DNA from: an uncultured Planctomycetota bacterium
Lineage (GTDB): Bacteria; Planctomycetota; PLA2; JAEUHO01
DNA length: 64,000 nucleotides
Direction: 5' to 3'
Assembly: GCA_963752285.1 (NCBI GenBank)
Contig: CAVVXN010000005.1
Location: 1,152,001 to 1,216,000, forward strand
How positions within the stretch are numbered: the first letter of the stretch is position 1; each line of letters begins with the position of its first letter. Below are positions 20,359-29,858 of the stretch, piece after piece. The notes beneath the pieces were generated by a model, which made no database searches, was not told where the DNA came from, and saw only the letters and a program-made list of their open reading frames with translations. Position numbers and translations under genes: made by a program.

Positions 20359-20745
20359 ATGGAACCCGCCCGGCGCCAGGGGCTGCTCGCGAGGCGCCTG
20401 GGCCGGCGGGGCGAGCGGGCGGCGGCCCGGGCGCTCGCGCGCCTCGGCCTCCGCATCCTGGCGAGGAACGTCGTGACCCCCGAGGGCGAGGTGGACCTCC
20501 TGGCGCTGGAAGGACGCACCCTGGTCCTGGTGGAGGTGAAGACGACCCGCTGCGGCGCCGCGCTCGCGCGGCGCGTGGGCGCGGTCCAGAAGCGTCGGGT
20601 CCGGGCCGCCGGACGCTGGCTCGCCGCGAAGCGGGGCTTCGGACGGCGCCCCTGGCGCGCCGACCTGGTGGAGGTGAGGTTCGACGGATTCCGTCCTGTC
20701 GTTACGATCCGCCGCGGACGGATCGCGAGCTCGCGGTCGGTCTGA
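20359..20745 (+). CDS. YraN-family (UPF0102) protein
   Basis: LGRRGE, GEVDLLA...LVLVEVKT; position after rplS. Confidence 0.85.
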   Translation: MEPARRQGLLARRLGRRGERAAARALARLGLRILARNVVTPEGEVDLLALEGRTLVLVEVKTTRCGAALARRVGAVQKRRVRAAGRWLAAKRGFGRRPWRADLVEVRFDGFRPVVTIRRGRIASSRSV

Positions 20746-20773
20746 TCCGGGAAGGAGAGCCTGAGGCAGTCCC

Positions 20774-21259
20774 ATGGAGCGTCCGACGATCGACTTGAGG
20801 GACCACCTCGGTCCGGACCACGTGATCGACCTCCAGGCCCGGACGAAGGAGGAGGCGCTCATCGAGATGGTGGACACCGTCTCGGACTCCGAGGCGGTCG
20901 TCGACAAGCAGGCCCTGCTCGAGGCGGTGAAGGCGCGCGAGAAGATCCTCTCCACGGGGATCGGCCTCGGCATCGCGATCCCGCACGCGCGCATCGACGC
21001 CGTGAAGCACTTCGTCGTCGCGGTCGGACGTCACCCCTCCGGCATCGACTTCGAGTCGATCGACCAGAAGCCGGTGCAGATCGTCGTGTTGATCGCGGGC
21101 CCGAAGGACACGCAGAAGCCCTACCTCGAGCTCCTCGCCCAGCTCAGCAAACGACTGAAGCTCGCCGACGTGCGCGCGCGCATCGTGGGTGGCGCCCCCG
21201 CCGAGACCGTCGTGGACCTGCTCACCGGGGACGTGGGCGGACGAGCGGCACGGCACTGA
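20774..21259 (+). CDS. PTS IIA (fructose/nitrogen-regulatory, PtsN-like) protein
   Basis: RE..STGIGLGIAIPHAR (phospho-His), GIDFESIDQKPV. Confidence 0.9.
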   Translation: MERPTIDLRDHLGPDHVIDLQARTKEEALIEMVDTVSDSEAVVDKQALLEAVKAREKILSTGIGLGIAIPHARIDAVKHFVVAVGRHPSGIDFESIDQKPVQIVVLIAGPKDTQKPYLELLAQLSKRLKLADVRARIVGGAPAETVVDLLTGDVGGRAARH

Positions 21260-24200
21260 CGCCTTCGTCGGTCGGCAGGAGCAGCCGATCGCCCACGAAC
21301 GCGGGCGGAGAGCGGCGGGGCTGGATCACGCCGCCGGGCCGCAGGGGGTCCCTCCACGTCTCGATCGAGCCGTCGGCGCCGATCCACGCCGTCTCCCGCG
21401 ACGCGCCGTCGCCACCCGTCGTGCCGACGATCACCACGCCACCCTGCCGCGTGCGGGACGCCGTGAGGAACGGCCACGGGCCGAGCGCGCGGAACAGGTA
21501 CGGCGCCGGCACCGGGACGGCGCGCAGCGCCATGCCGCGCGCGTCCACGCGGACCTCGAGGATCGCGACCGAGAGCTCCTGCCCGCGTCCGCCGCCGACG
21601 GCGATCGCCGCGTGACCCGCGACGAAGAGCCGCGCGTCGTCCGTGAGGAAGGGGCCCGCGTGCACCGGGTCCTCGCTCGGGGGCGTCGGGACCATCCACG
21701 TGCGCTCCGCCATCGGCGCGCCGGTGCGCGGGTCGGGGGCGACGACCTCGAGCCGGCGGTCGGCGAGGCCCAGCACCACGAACGAGCCCGCCGCGATCAG
21801 GGGATCGGCCACCCCGCCCGCGAGCGCCTTCTCCCAGACGCCCTCGCCCGTGCTCGTGTCGATCACGAGGAGCCGGTCGCCCGACGGCGCGATCGCGAAG
21901 AGCCGACCGGCGACCTCCGCCGAGACCGGCGCGTCGAGGATGGTGCGCTGGCGGTCGTCCGTCCTCCGCTCCAGCACGTCCACGCGGAAGCGCTCGCGAC
22001 CGTCGAACGCGTCCACCAGGAGCACGCGCGCCGGCGACTCGACGGAGGCGACGACGGCCGACCCGCTCGCCGCGAGCCGCGTGAGGGTCCCCGGCAGGGC
22101 GCGGCGCCAGCGCTCCCGGCCCGACTCGGGGTCCACCGCGACGAGGAGGTCGCCCGTCCCGCGCCCGCGCACCGTCACGACGGCGAGGCCGAAGAGCACC
22201 CGCACGCCGTCCACGACGCCGGCCTCGTCCCACGACCAGAGCCGCGTCGCCTCGCCGCGGCCCACGTCGAGGAGGAGGAGCCCGTCGCGCGTGGGGACGA
22301 GCGCGCGCCCGTCGGCGCGCATCCACACATCGTCGCGATCGACGACGTTCGACTGCCCCAGCGGCCGACGTCCCGGCGTGAAGCGCCCGACGCGCCGGCG
22401 GCCCGCGCGGTACGAGACGACCTCGACGCTCTCGCCCGGCCGGGCACGCGCGGCGTCGGCCATGAAGTCGGCGGTCGCGCCGATACGCCGTCCGTCCCAC
22501 GAGACGATCCAGTCACCCGCCCGGAACCCCTCCACGTCGGCGGGCTCGCGCGCGACGACGGACGTCACGATCACGCCCCCCTCGGGCAGCCACGGCGCGA
22601 CGGCGTGGAGCGCGCCGCCGAACCAGCCCGCCCCCCCGCCGGGGACCTCGGCCGTCCGCACGCCCCGCCGGAGGTCCCACACCTCGGCGTCGAGGCCGCG
22701 GAACACCACGAGACGGTCCGTGACGCGGTCGCGCCCGGGACCGACGGGCTGGGGCACGACGAGGGCCGCGAGGTCGCCCGCGCCTTCCGGGGGCCCCACC
22801 GACGACCAGAGGTCGAGCAGGGGGTGCGCCCGCGCGCCCGCGGCCACGTCCGCGTCCTCGAGGACGGCCCGCGTGTCCGGGTCGTCCGGCGACCAGGCGG
22901 CGAGGTCGCCCGCGAGGCGCGCCGCGCGGCGTTCCTCTCCGGCGCCGAGGAGGAGCCGCGCCTCCTGGCGCTCCAGCGCGGCGAGCTCGACGAGCGACGC
23001 CGTGCGCGCGGCGCCGAGCCGGAGGTCTGCGAGCGCCGCGGCCGCGAGGCCCTCGTCGTGCGTCGCCAGGAGGCGCGCGACCAGCCGACGACGACCCGCG
23101 GACGCGGCGGGGGTGCCCACCGCGCTCCGGACCGCCTCGACGAGGGCGGGGAGCGGCCCCTCCGCCGCCGACGCGACGCGGCGCTCCGCCTCCGCGCCGA
23201 GTCGCTCCATCTCGGCGCGGGCCTCCGGCCGCGTCGCGAGCCACCGGAGTCGGGACGCCGCGTAGAGGTCGGCGCGGAGCGACGAGCCGGAGCCCACCTC
23301 GACGCGCTGGTCCGCGCCCGTCACCACCCAGCGCCCGAGTCGGCGCGCGAGCGGGCCCGCGAGGCGCGGCTCGTCCGCGAGGGACGTCGCGAGACGCTCG
23401 ACGAGGGCGGCGATCCGCGTGGCGGCGCCCGGCGCCGGGAGGGCGAGGAGGAGGTCCAGGCGCGCGAGCGCCTCGTCCGTGCGCGATACCGGCCTCGCGT
23501 CGAGGAGGTCGAGGTCGAGCGGGAGGTCCGGGTCGTCGGGCACGCCGCCGTCCGTCGCGCGGGGGCACGACGACTCGCGGACGACCGCGGCGGACAGCGC
23601 CTCGAGCACGTCGTGCTCGTCGCCCCCGACGCGCGCGAGGAGCGCGGCCGCCGCCGCCCGCGCCGCGGGGTCGAGCGCGCGTGCGTCGTCGAGACGCGCG
23701 CGCGCCCACGCGACCGCGTCGGAACGCGCGCCGAGCACCGCGACGCGATCCGCTCCGACGACGACGTGGAGGCGGCCCGCGCGGAGGACGTCGCCGTCCT
23801 CCGGGAGGTCGGGCGCGCCGGGGCCGAGCGAGACACGGAGCACGGGTCCCGACCAGGGCAGACGGACGAGTCCTCCCTCGCTCCGCACGAGCGCCGCGCC
23901 GTCGTCGAGGGGGCGTCCCGTCGCGCGGGTCTCCGCGTCCGACGCGGGGAGTGCGCGGTCGTCGAGCGTCGCGGTCGCGACGCCGGGCACGAGTCGCGTG
24001 GGACGGTCGCCGACGAGATCGAGGACGACCTCCCCGGAGGGCGTCACGAACGGCCCGAGGAGGTGTCGCCACGGCGGCGTGCCCGGCGCGTCGTCGCGGG
24101 GCAACGTCGTCTCGACCGCCCCCGTCCACGCCTGGATCGCCACCAGGCGCGGCGCGTCCATCGGCGCGAGCCACCACGCGCCCGCGGCGAAGAGGGGTTC

Positions 24201-25790
24201 GTTCCTCGCGGAGAACCCGGCCTCTGCGGCCGGCAACGAGCCCGGGTAACGCGGCAGCGCGCGGACCCAGCGAACCTCACCCGTCTCCGCGACCACGCCC
24301 GCCGCGAAGCCCGCGTGCGGGAGCGCGAGCACCTCGCCCTCCGCCTCCGCCGGGCGGGCGCCCCAGGGCACGGCGTCCACGTACGCGCGCTCGAACCGCT
24401 CGTCGCCCTCGGCGACGCGGGGCTGGCGTCCGCTCTCGCCGGAGGCGAGCGGCGCCACGAACCGGGCCCGGCCCGTCTCGAGGTCGAGACACGCGAGCGC
24501 GATCTCGGCCGCGCCGCGGCGCCGCGCGACGAGCACGTACACGCGGTCCCCGCGTACGAGCGGAGGCGACGCGACGCCCGTGTCGGGGTCGGCGAGGAAC
24601 GAGTCCGACGCGTCCGCGCGCCCCGTCGCCCAGACGAGCGCGCCCGTCGCCGCCTCGAGCGCGACGAGCCGGACGCGGCTCTCGCGAGGCAGGTCGTCGA
24701 GGCTCGCCAACCGTCCGTCGAGCCGGAAGGCCCCCTCCCCGCCCGGGGCGCCCAGGACGGCCAGCGCGAGGTGCCCGGCGACTCGGACGTCGTAGCAGGG
24801 ACGGTCGTACGGGGCGTACCGCTCGTCGCCGTCCGGACCCTGCGCCTCGGGCTCGGTCGGGAACCGCCACAGGAGCCGTCCGGTCTCGGCCTCGTACGCC
24901 GCGACCGAACGACCGTCGTCCACCAGGAGGCGCCCGTCGTCCGCCGCGGCGCCCGCGCGGACGACCGCGCCCGTCTCACGACGGTCGTCGGACGGGGCCG
25001 CGGGCGCGTCGCCGAGGCGGCGGGACCAGAGCACGACCGCGTCTTCGGCCCGGGCGGCGCCGGCCGCGTGCGGCGCACGTTCCGGCGCGTCGTCGCCTTC
25101 GCCGGGCCCGGCGCGCCCGCCCGGCGGCGCGGACGCCGTCGCGACGCGCGGCTGGAGCAACGCGTCCCGCGCCACGGCGAGCCCGCGCCGCACCGCGGCC
25201 CGCCGCGCCTGCCGCTCGGGCGACACGTCGGCGGGCCCTTCGGGATGGAGCGCGAGCCATCGCTCGTACGCGGCCCGAGCGCGGGCCGGCCGCCCGCGCT
25301 CGAGGTCGCGCGCCGCGCGCGCGAGGAGCGCCGCCGACCCGTCGGGCGCCAGGGCGAACCGCGCGCAGAGTCGGTCGAGGGCCGCCTCGTCGCCTCGGAG
25401 GGCCTGGCGGACGAGGAACGCCGCCGCCGGCGCGAGGCGCTGGACGGCCCGCGCCACGAGCTCGGGGGGAAGCGCGGCGACGCGACGTTCGGCGACGAGC
25501 GCGGCGGGGACGTGCGCCCCGGGCTCCTCCCCCCGGACCAGCGGCGACGGCACGCGCTCGATCTCGCCGACGAGGAGGTCGAGCGCCTCGTCGCGTTGGC
25601 CCGCGTCGAGGAGGGCGCGCGCGTGCCCGAGACGCGCCTCGGCGTCCTCGCCCCCGCCCGGCCGGACCTCCGCCAGCGGCAGCCTCGGCGTCGGAGACGG
25701 GTCGTCCGCCCGGCACGACGAGCGTCCCGAGGCGGCGAGCGCGAGCAGCAGGAGCACGCTCGAGGCGGCCAGGCGACGCGCGACGGACAT
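21222..25790 (-). CDS. Large exported protein with PQQ-like beta-propeller repeats and a PDZ domain (about 1520 aa)
   Basis: Signal peptide; repeated xTGRLLW/ATGALVW/ETGEVRW/SGRERW motifs; PDZ GVIVTSV...PADVEGFRAGDWIVSWDG. Confidence 0.75.
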   Translation of the reverse strand: MSVARRLAASSVLLLLALAASGRSSCRADDPSPTPRLPLAEVRPGGGEDAEARLGHARALLDAGQRDEALDLLVGEIERVPSPLVRGEEPGAHVPAALVAERRVAALPPELVARAVQRLAPAAAFLVRQALRGDEAALDRLCARFALAPDGSAALLARAARDLERGRPARARAAYERWLALHPEGPADVSPERQARRAAVRRGLAVARDALLQPRVATASAPPGGRAGPGEGDDAPERAPHAAGAARAEDAVVLWSRRLGDAPAAPSDDRRETGAVVRAGAAADDGRLLVDDGRSVAAYEAETGRLLWRFPTEPEAQGPDGDERYAPYDRPCYDVRVAGHLALAVLGAPGGEGAFRLDGRLASLDDLPRESRVRLVALEAATGALVWATGRADASDSFLADPDTGVASPPLVRGDRVYVLVARRRGAAEIALACLDLETGRARFVAPLASGESGRQPRVAEGDERFERAYVDAVPWGARPAEAEGEVLALPHAGFAAGVVAETGEVRWVRALPRYPGSLPAAEAGFSARNEPLFAAGAWWLAPMDAPRLVAIQAWTGAVETTLPRDDAPGTPPWRHLLGPFVTPSGEVVLDLVGDRPTRLVPGVATATLDDRALPASDAETRATGRPLDDGAALVRSEGGLVRLPWSGPVLRVSLGPGAPDLPEDGDVLRAGRLHVVVGADRVAVLGARSDAVAWARARLDDARALDPAARAAAAALLARVGGDEHDVLEALSAAVVRESSCPRATDGGVPDDPDLPLDLDLLDARPVSRTDEALARLDLLLALPAPGAATRIAALVERLATSLADEPRLAGPLARRLGRWVVTGADQRVEVGSGSSLRADLYAASRLRWLATRPEARAEMERLGAEAERRVASAAEGPLPALVEAVRSAVGTPAASAGRRRLVARLLATHDEGLAAAALADLRLGAARTASLVELAALERQEARLLLGAGEERRAARLAGDLAAWSPDDPDTRAVLEDADVAAGARAHPLLDLWSSVGPPEGAGDLAALVVPQPVGPGRDRVTDRLVVFRGLDAEVWDLRRGVRTAEVPGGGAGWFGGALHAVAPWLPEGGVIVTSVVAREPADVEGFRAGDWIVSWDGRRIGATADFMADAARARPGESVEVVSYRAGRRRVGRFTPGRRPLGQSNVVDRDDVWMRADGRALVPTRDGLLLLDVGRGEATRLWSWDEAGVVDGVRVLFGLAVVTVRGRGTGDLLVAVDPESGRERWRRALPGTLTRLAASGSAVVASVESPARVLLVDAFDGRERFRVDVLERRTDDRQRTILDAPVSAEVAGRLFAIAPSGDRLLVIDTSTGEGVWEKALAGGVADPLIAAGSFVVLGLADRRLEVVAPDPRTGAPMAERTWMVPTPPSEDPVHAGPFLTDDARLFVAGHAAIAVGGGRGQELSVAILEVRVDARGMALRAVPVPAPYLFRALGPWPFLTASRTRQGGVVIVGTTGGDGASRETAWIGADGSIETWRDPLRPGGVIQPRRSPPAFVGDRLLLPTDEGVSAVPLVRPRPR

Positions 25791-25866
25791 CGCGCGTGAG
25801 CGTAGCACCCACACCTCCCCCCCGGCCCGGAGGGGATCTCGACCGCGGCCGAGCCGCCCGAGCCGC

Positions 25867-28212
25867 TCAGGGCCGATCCGGGAGGCCGAGGGCCGCGCGC
25901 GCCGCCCGCCGGACCTCTTCGGGCCGGAGGCGGTCGAGCTGGGGCAGGACGCGGTACTGGCGGTCGATCTCCGGGTAGCGGTCGGGACGGAGCCACACCT
26001 CCGAGACGATTCCCGCCACGCCGAGGCGGTAGCCGCCCGCGTGGACCTCCGGGTCCCGCGTCCGGACCGGGAGCTCCGCGAGCATCTCGGCGAGGGCGAG
26101 GTCGGGGTCGGGCGACTCCGCGACGGCGGCGAGCTGCGCGCGTCGCTCGAGCTCCATCTCCACCTGCTTCGGGTCGAAGCCCTCGCGCGCGAGGAGGGCC
26201 AGCGTCGCGGGGAGGCGCGGCAGAATCGGCAGGTGGCGCCGGATCTCGACCACGTGGCCGAGCTCGTGCGCGGTCAGCGTCCCAAGCGACCCCCACCGCT
26301 CCGTGGGGCGCCTCGCGACGTACCGCGCGAGCACCCGTTCGGCGACCCCCTGCGGCGAGGAGAGGCCGAGCAGGCCGCCGGGCCCGTCGGGCGGGAGCCT
26401 CGTCTCGGCGTGCTCGACACGCCGGGTCCGCGACGGGTCGAGCGTCAGCGCGCGCCGGAGGTCGTGCTCGGCCTCCCGCGCCGCGTCCACGTCGATCCAC
26501 ACGCCGTCGGGCAGCGACGCGCCGGCGAGCCCGTCGCCCTTCGCGTCCTGCCACGAGGCGAGGCGCCGGTCGTAGCCGAACGCCACGTCCTGACGGTACG
26601 TCCCGCCTCGGGTGTGGACCTCGGCCGCGGGCGTCAGGGCCGCGACCGAGAGGAGGATCGCCTCCGGCGGGTCGTCGCCGCGCTGTCCGAGCACGAGGAA
26701 CCGCCCGTACCGCCGGAAGTGGCGCACGATCGGCGACGCGCTCCGCGCGCCGTGGTCGAGCCAGGACCCGAGGAGCGGGATGCGTCTGAGCCCGACGTAC
26801 GGCGGTTCGAACGCGCGCGCCTCGTCCGGCGGGAGGTGCGCCTCGGCGAGCGTCGTCATGACGTGCAGCAGCTGTTCGAGCGCGGGCGCCCGTTCCTTCC
26901 GGTGTCCCTTCACGAAGCCCTTCTCGATCGCCGCCTCCAGCGCATCCTCGAACGCGAGGTGCGCGCCGAGGTGCGCGTCGAGGGACCGCGCCGTTGGCGA
27001 CGCCACGCCGAGGAGCACCGACCGGGCCTCGGGGAGCGCGCCGACGGCGACGAGGGAGCGCGCGAGGGCGATCCGCGCCGCGTCCGGCGCGCGCCGGTCG
27101 GGCGCGGACCGGACCGACGACTCGACCTCGTGCCACGCGTCCCGCACGAGGCTCCCCGGGGCCGTGCGGACCCACGGGGGGACGGCGTCCACCAGCAGGC
27201 GGACCGCGCCCGCGAAGTCGCCGCGCGCCGCGCGCCAACGCCGGAGGTCGCGCGAGAGGGCCACGGGCGACGCGCCCCGCGCGAGCGCGTCCTCGGCCTC
27301 TTGCGAGGCCGTGGCGAGGTCGCCCCGCCGCGCGGCGAGGAGGGCGCGGAGCGCCTCGTGCTCGGGCGTCGCCGGCCCGACGCCCGCGAGCGCGCGCTCG
27401 AGCCGCGCGGCGAGCGCCGGGTCGGGGAAGCGCCGGAGCAGCCGGGCCGCCGCGAGGGGCAGCCCCTCGTTCGTGGGCGCGAGGCGCATCGCGGCGGCCC
27501 ACGCGTCCACGGCGCGCTCGATCTCGTCCGCGCGGCGCGCCACCTCCGCCTCGAGCACGAGCGGCCGGACGTCGGTCCCCTCGATCGCGTGCGCGGCGGC
27601 CGCCTCGCGACGCGCGGCGTCGAGGTCGCCCTCCGCGGCGAAGACGCGCGCGCGTACGAGCCGCGCCTCGACGTCCACGTACGCCCAGCCCCGACCGAGG
27701 GCCTCCGTCGCGCGCCGGGCCGCCCCGTCGTCGTCGCCGAGCTCCGCCGACAGCCACGCCGCCGCGAGGCGCGTCCAGGGGTCCGGCGGGTCGCCGAACG
27801 TCGCCTCGAGGTCTCGAAGCGCGCGCTCGGGCTCCTCCGAGAGGCTCGCGAGGAGCGCGGTGCGAAAGCGCCCCGGCGGGAGGGTCGCGGCGTAGCGCCG
27901 CGCCTCCACGTCGAGACCCACGGACGCGTACACGTAAGCCTCGAGCCAGGCCGCCTCGGAGGGCGCGGGCCCCGCGGGCGGCGGCGCCCCCCCGAGGAGG
28001 GCGAGGGCGCCCTCGAGGTCGTGGGCCCGGAGGCGTTGGCGGGCGAGGACGACGGCGGCGGGGACCGCGCGGCGCGGGCGTCCCCCGGGCCCGCCCGCGG
28101 CCTCGGTGGGGCCGCGCGCCGCCACGGGGACGGAGGTCCGACACGACGGCGCCGCCAGCGCGAGAAGGGCCGTGGCGAGGAGGGCCGACACGGCGGGTGA
28201 GCGCGACCACAT
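25867..28212 (-). CDS. TPR-repeat lipoprotein with C-terminal HExxH motif
   Basis: Lipobox LAAPS-C; Ala-rich TPR-like helices; AHELGH at about 26254-26268. Confidence 0.7.
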   Translation of the reverse strand: MWSRSPAVSALLATALLALAAPSCRTSVPVAARGPTEAAGGPGGRPRRAVPAAVVLARQRLRAHDLEGALALLGGAPPPAGPAPSEAAWLEAYVYASVGLDVEARRYAATLPPGRFRTALLASLSEEPERALRDLEATFGDPPDPWTRLAAAWLSAELGDDDGAARRATEALGRGWAYVDVEARLVRARVFAAEGDLDAARREAAAAHAIEGTDVRPLVLEAEVARRADEIERAVDAWAAAMRLAPTNEGLPLAAARLLRRFPDPALAARLERALAGVGPATPEHEALRALLAARRGDLATASQEAEDALARGASPVALSRDLRRWRAARGDFAGAVRLLVDAVPPWVRTAPGSLVRDAWHEVESSVRSAPDRRAPDAARIALARSLVAVGALPEARSVLLGVASPTARSLDAHLGAHLAFEDALEAAIEKGFVKGHRKERAPALEQLLHVMTTLAEAHLPPDEARAFEPPYVGLRRIPLLGSWLDHGARSASPIVRHFRRYGRFLVLGQRGDDPPEAILLSVAALTPAAEVHTRGGTYRQDVAFGYDRRLASWQDAKGDGLAGASLPDGVWIDVDAAREAEHDLRRALTLDPSRTRRVEHAETRLPPDGPGGLLGLSSPQGVAERVLARYVARRPTERWGSLGTLTAHELGHVVEIRRHLPILPRLPATLALLAREGFDPKQVEMELERRAQLAAVAESPDPDLALAEMLAELPVRTRDPEVHAGGYRLGVAGIVSEVWLRPDRYPEIDRQYRVLPQLDRLRPEEVRRAARAALGLPDRP

Positions 28213-28294
28213 CGGTCGCGAAAGGTATCCGCCGCCCGCGGCGGTCCGGGCCGGGTCCTTCGCCCTACTTCCGTCGCAACGCAGTGGACGGCCC

Positions 28295-28322
28295 TTGCGT
28301 TTGTCGCTCGTAAGGTTAGCAT
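28295..28322 (+). promoter_or_regulatory. Putative sigma-70 promoter in an AT-rich island
   Basis: TTGCGT-N16-TAGCAT within the only markedly AT-rich patch of this region. Confidence 0.4.
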
Positions 28323-28524
28323 GTATTTCATCGTGACAAACGACGACGACGTTGCGAGAGACCCCGCGGACGCCGGGCGAATGCCGCCCGCCGCGTCCGT
28401 GCCGACCCGGCGGGTGCGCACCGGGCTGCAGCGGCGGCCGCGCCGTCGTCATCGACCCTTCGCGGCGGCGTTCGGACCCGGCTCGCGACCCTTCTCGCCG
28501 CCCGGCGCCGCCGCGTCTCTCCCC

Positions 28525-28578
28525 GCGCCCATGACCGCGCCCATGACCGCGCCCATGAGTGCACCCATGTCTGCGCCC
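28525..28578 (+). repeat. 12-bp tandem repeat, about 4.5 copies
   Basis: GCGCCCATGACC x2, GCGCCCATGAGT, GCACCCATGTCT, GCGCCC. Confidence 0.85.
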
Positions 28579-28655
28579 GCAGCCGCGCCCCGGACCGCGC
28601 CTCGTCCCGCCGGCGCCTCCCACACGCCCGTCCACCACGACCGGAGGACATCCTC

Positions 28656-28898
28656 GTGTCTGCTCTCGTCCGCCGCCTGGCTCCCGACTCACCACGCTGC
28701 CCGCTCCGCCCACTCGGCCCACACCGCCCACTCGGCCCACTCGGCCCACTCTGGCGCCTCTCCCCTCGGTCCAGCCTCTCCCCCTGGTCCCGCCTCTCCC
28801 CCTCGTCCCGCCTCTCCCGCCTCGGTCGCGTCGCCGCCGGCGAGATGGGCTTCGTGGGGATCGTGGTGCTCGCGCTCCTGGTCGCCCTGCTCGCCTGA
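28656..28898 (+). CDS. Putative small membrane protein (80 aa) upstream of lexA
   Basis: SD GGAGGA 7 nt before GTG; repeat-derived Pro/Arg/Ser N-terminus; C-terminal hydrophobic helix MGFVGIVVLALLVALLA. Confidence 0.45.
   Translation: MSALVRRLAPDSPRCPLRPLGPHRPLGPLGPLWRLSPRSSLSPWSRLSPSSRLSRLGRVAAGEMGFVGIVVLALLVALLA
28708..28818 (+). repeat. Adjacent 9-bp (x5) and 18-bp (x3.5) tandem repeats
   Basis: GCCCACTCG units at 28708-28752; GCCTCTCCCC-based 18-bp units at 28756-28818. Confidence 0.85.
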
Positions 28899-29019
28899 AC
28901 CGCGCGCACGCCACGCCTCGCACGCCACCGGCACGCACCCGACCGGGCCGCTGCCCGCACCCGAAGGGCCCGCCCGTGAACGACGGTCACCCCTTCCACT
29001 CGCCTTCACGCCGTCTGCG

Positions 29020-29091
29020 GACCCGAGGATCCGACGACCCGAGGACCCGAGGACCCGAGGACGCGAGGACGCGAGGACCCGAGGACCCGAC
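29020..29091 (+). repeat. 8-bp tandem repeat, 9 copies (VNTR-like)
   Basis: GACCCGAG consensus with variants GATCCGAC, GACGCGAG and GACCCGAC. Confidence 0.9.
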
Positions 29092-29244
29092 GATCGAACG
29101 ACGTCACGAACGAACAATGCAAAGACACCTGCCCGGACGACCGATCCAGGGTTCCAGGAGGACCCTCGGGTCCCGATCGAGGAGCCGCCGGCTCGCGAGA
29201 GGGACCCGATCGGGAGGATCGGCGGTCGGGAGGAGGAACCCCGG

Positions 29245-29850
29245 ATGAACTACACCCCGAAACAGCTCGAGATCATGCGCTTCATCCGCGAGTACCGGAT
29301 GGAGCACGAGACCTCCCCGACGCTCGAGGAGATCGGACAGTCCCTCGGCGTGCATCGGGTGACCGTCCACCAGCACGTGGCCGCGCTCGTCAAGAAGGGC
29401 GCGATCCGCAAGCTCCCCCAGCGCTCCCGGTCGATCGAGATCCTCGACCGCGACTACCTCCCGCAGCCGACGGTCAAGCTCCTCGGGCGCATCGCCGCCG
29501 GCCGGCCGATCGAGGCCGTAGAGGAACCCGAGCCCTTCACCTTCGAGGAGCTCCTGCCGTTCGAGCCGGGCGACGACGTGTACATGCTTCGCGTGGTCGG
29601 CGACTCGATGGTCGAGGACCACATCACCGACGGCGACCTCGTGCTCGTCGAGCGCGGCGCGAACCCGCGCGACGGAGACATCGTCGTCGCCGTGGTCGAC
29701 GGCGAGGCCACGTTGAAGCGTCTCCACCACGAGCCGGGCGGTGTGATCCGCCTCCAGCCGGCGAACCACACGCTCGAGCCGATCTACGTACGCCCGCCGG
29801 AGACGCTCGAGGTGCGCGGCATCGTCCGCGGGGTGCTGCGCCGCTACTGA
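29245..29850 (+). CDS. lexA: SOS transcriptional repressor LexA
   Basis: TPKQLEI...PTLEEI wHTH, cleavage site IAAG, VGDSM (Ser), ATLKR (Lys); SD GGAGGAGG. Confidence 0.95.
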   Translation: MNYTPKQLEIMRFIREYRMEHETSPTLEEIGQSLGVHRVTVHQHVAALVKKGAIRKLPQRSRSIEILDRDYLPQPTVKLLGRIAAGRPIEAVEEPEPFTFEELLPFEPGDDVYMLRVVGDSMVEDHITDGDLVLVERGANPRDGDIVVAVVDGEATLKRLHHEPGGVIRLQPANHTLEPIYVRPPETLEVRGIVRGVLRRY

Positions 29851-29858
29851 GCCCGCGC

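Noticed and set aside
29020..29091. Possible CRISPR array
   Set aside because: The 8-bp units are contiguous with no unique spacers, and no cas genes are present.
29096..29116. GAAC-containing stretch upstream of lexA as an SOS box
   Set aside because: It does not fit GAAC-N4-GTTC, GAAC-N7-GAAC or TGTTC-N4-GAACA spacing.
28321..29850. 509-aa N-terminally extended LexA
   Set aside because: The extension is low-complexity and repeat-derived, and a strong SD precedes ATG 29245, which gives a normal 201-aa LexA. It is kept only as a testable side note.
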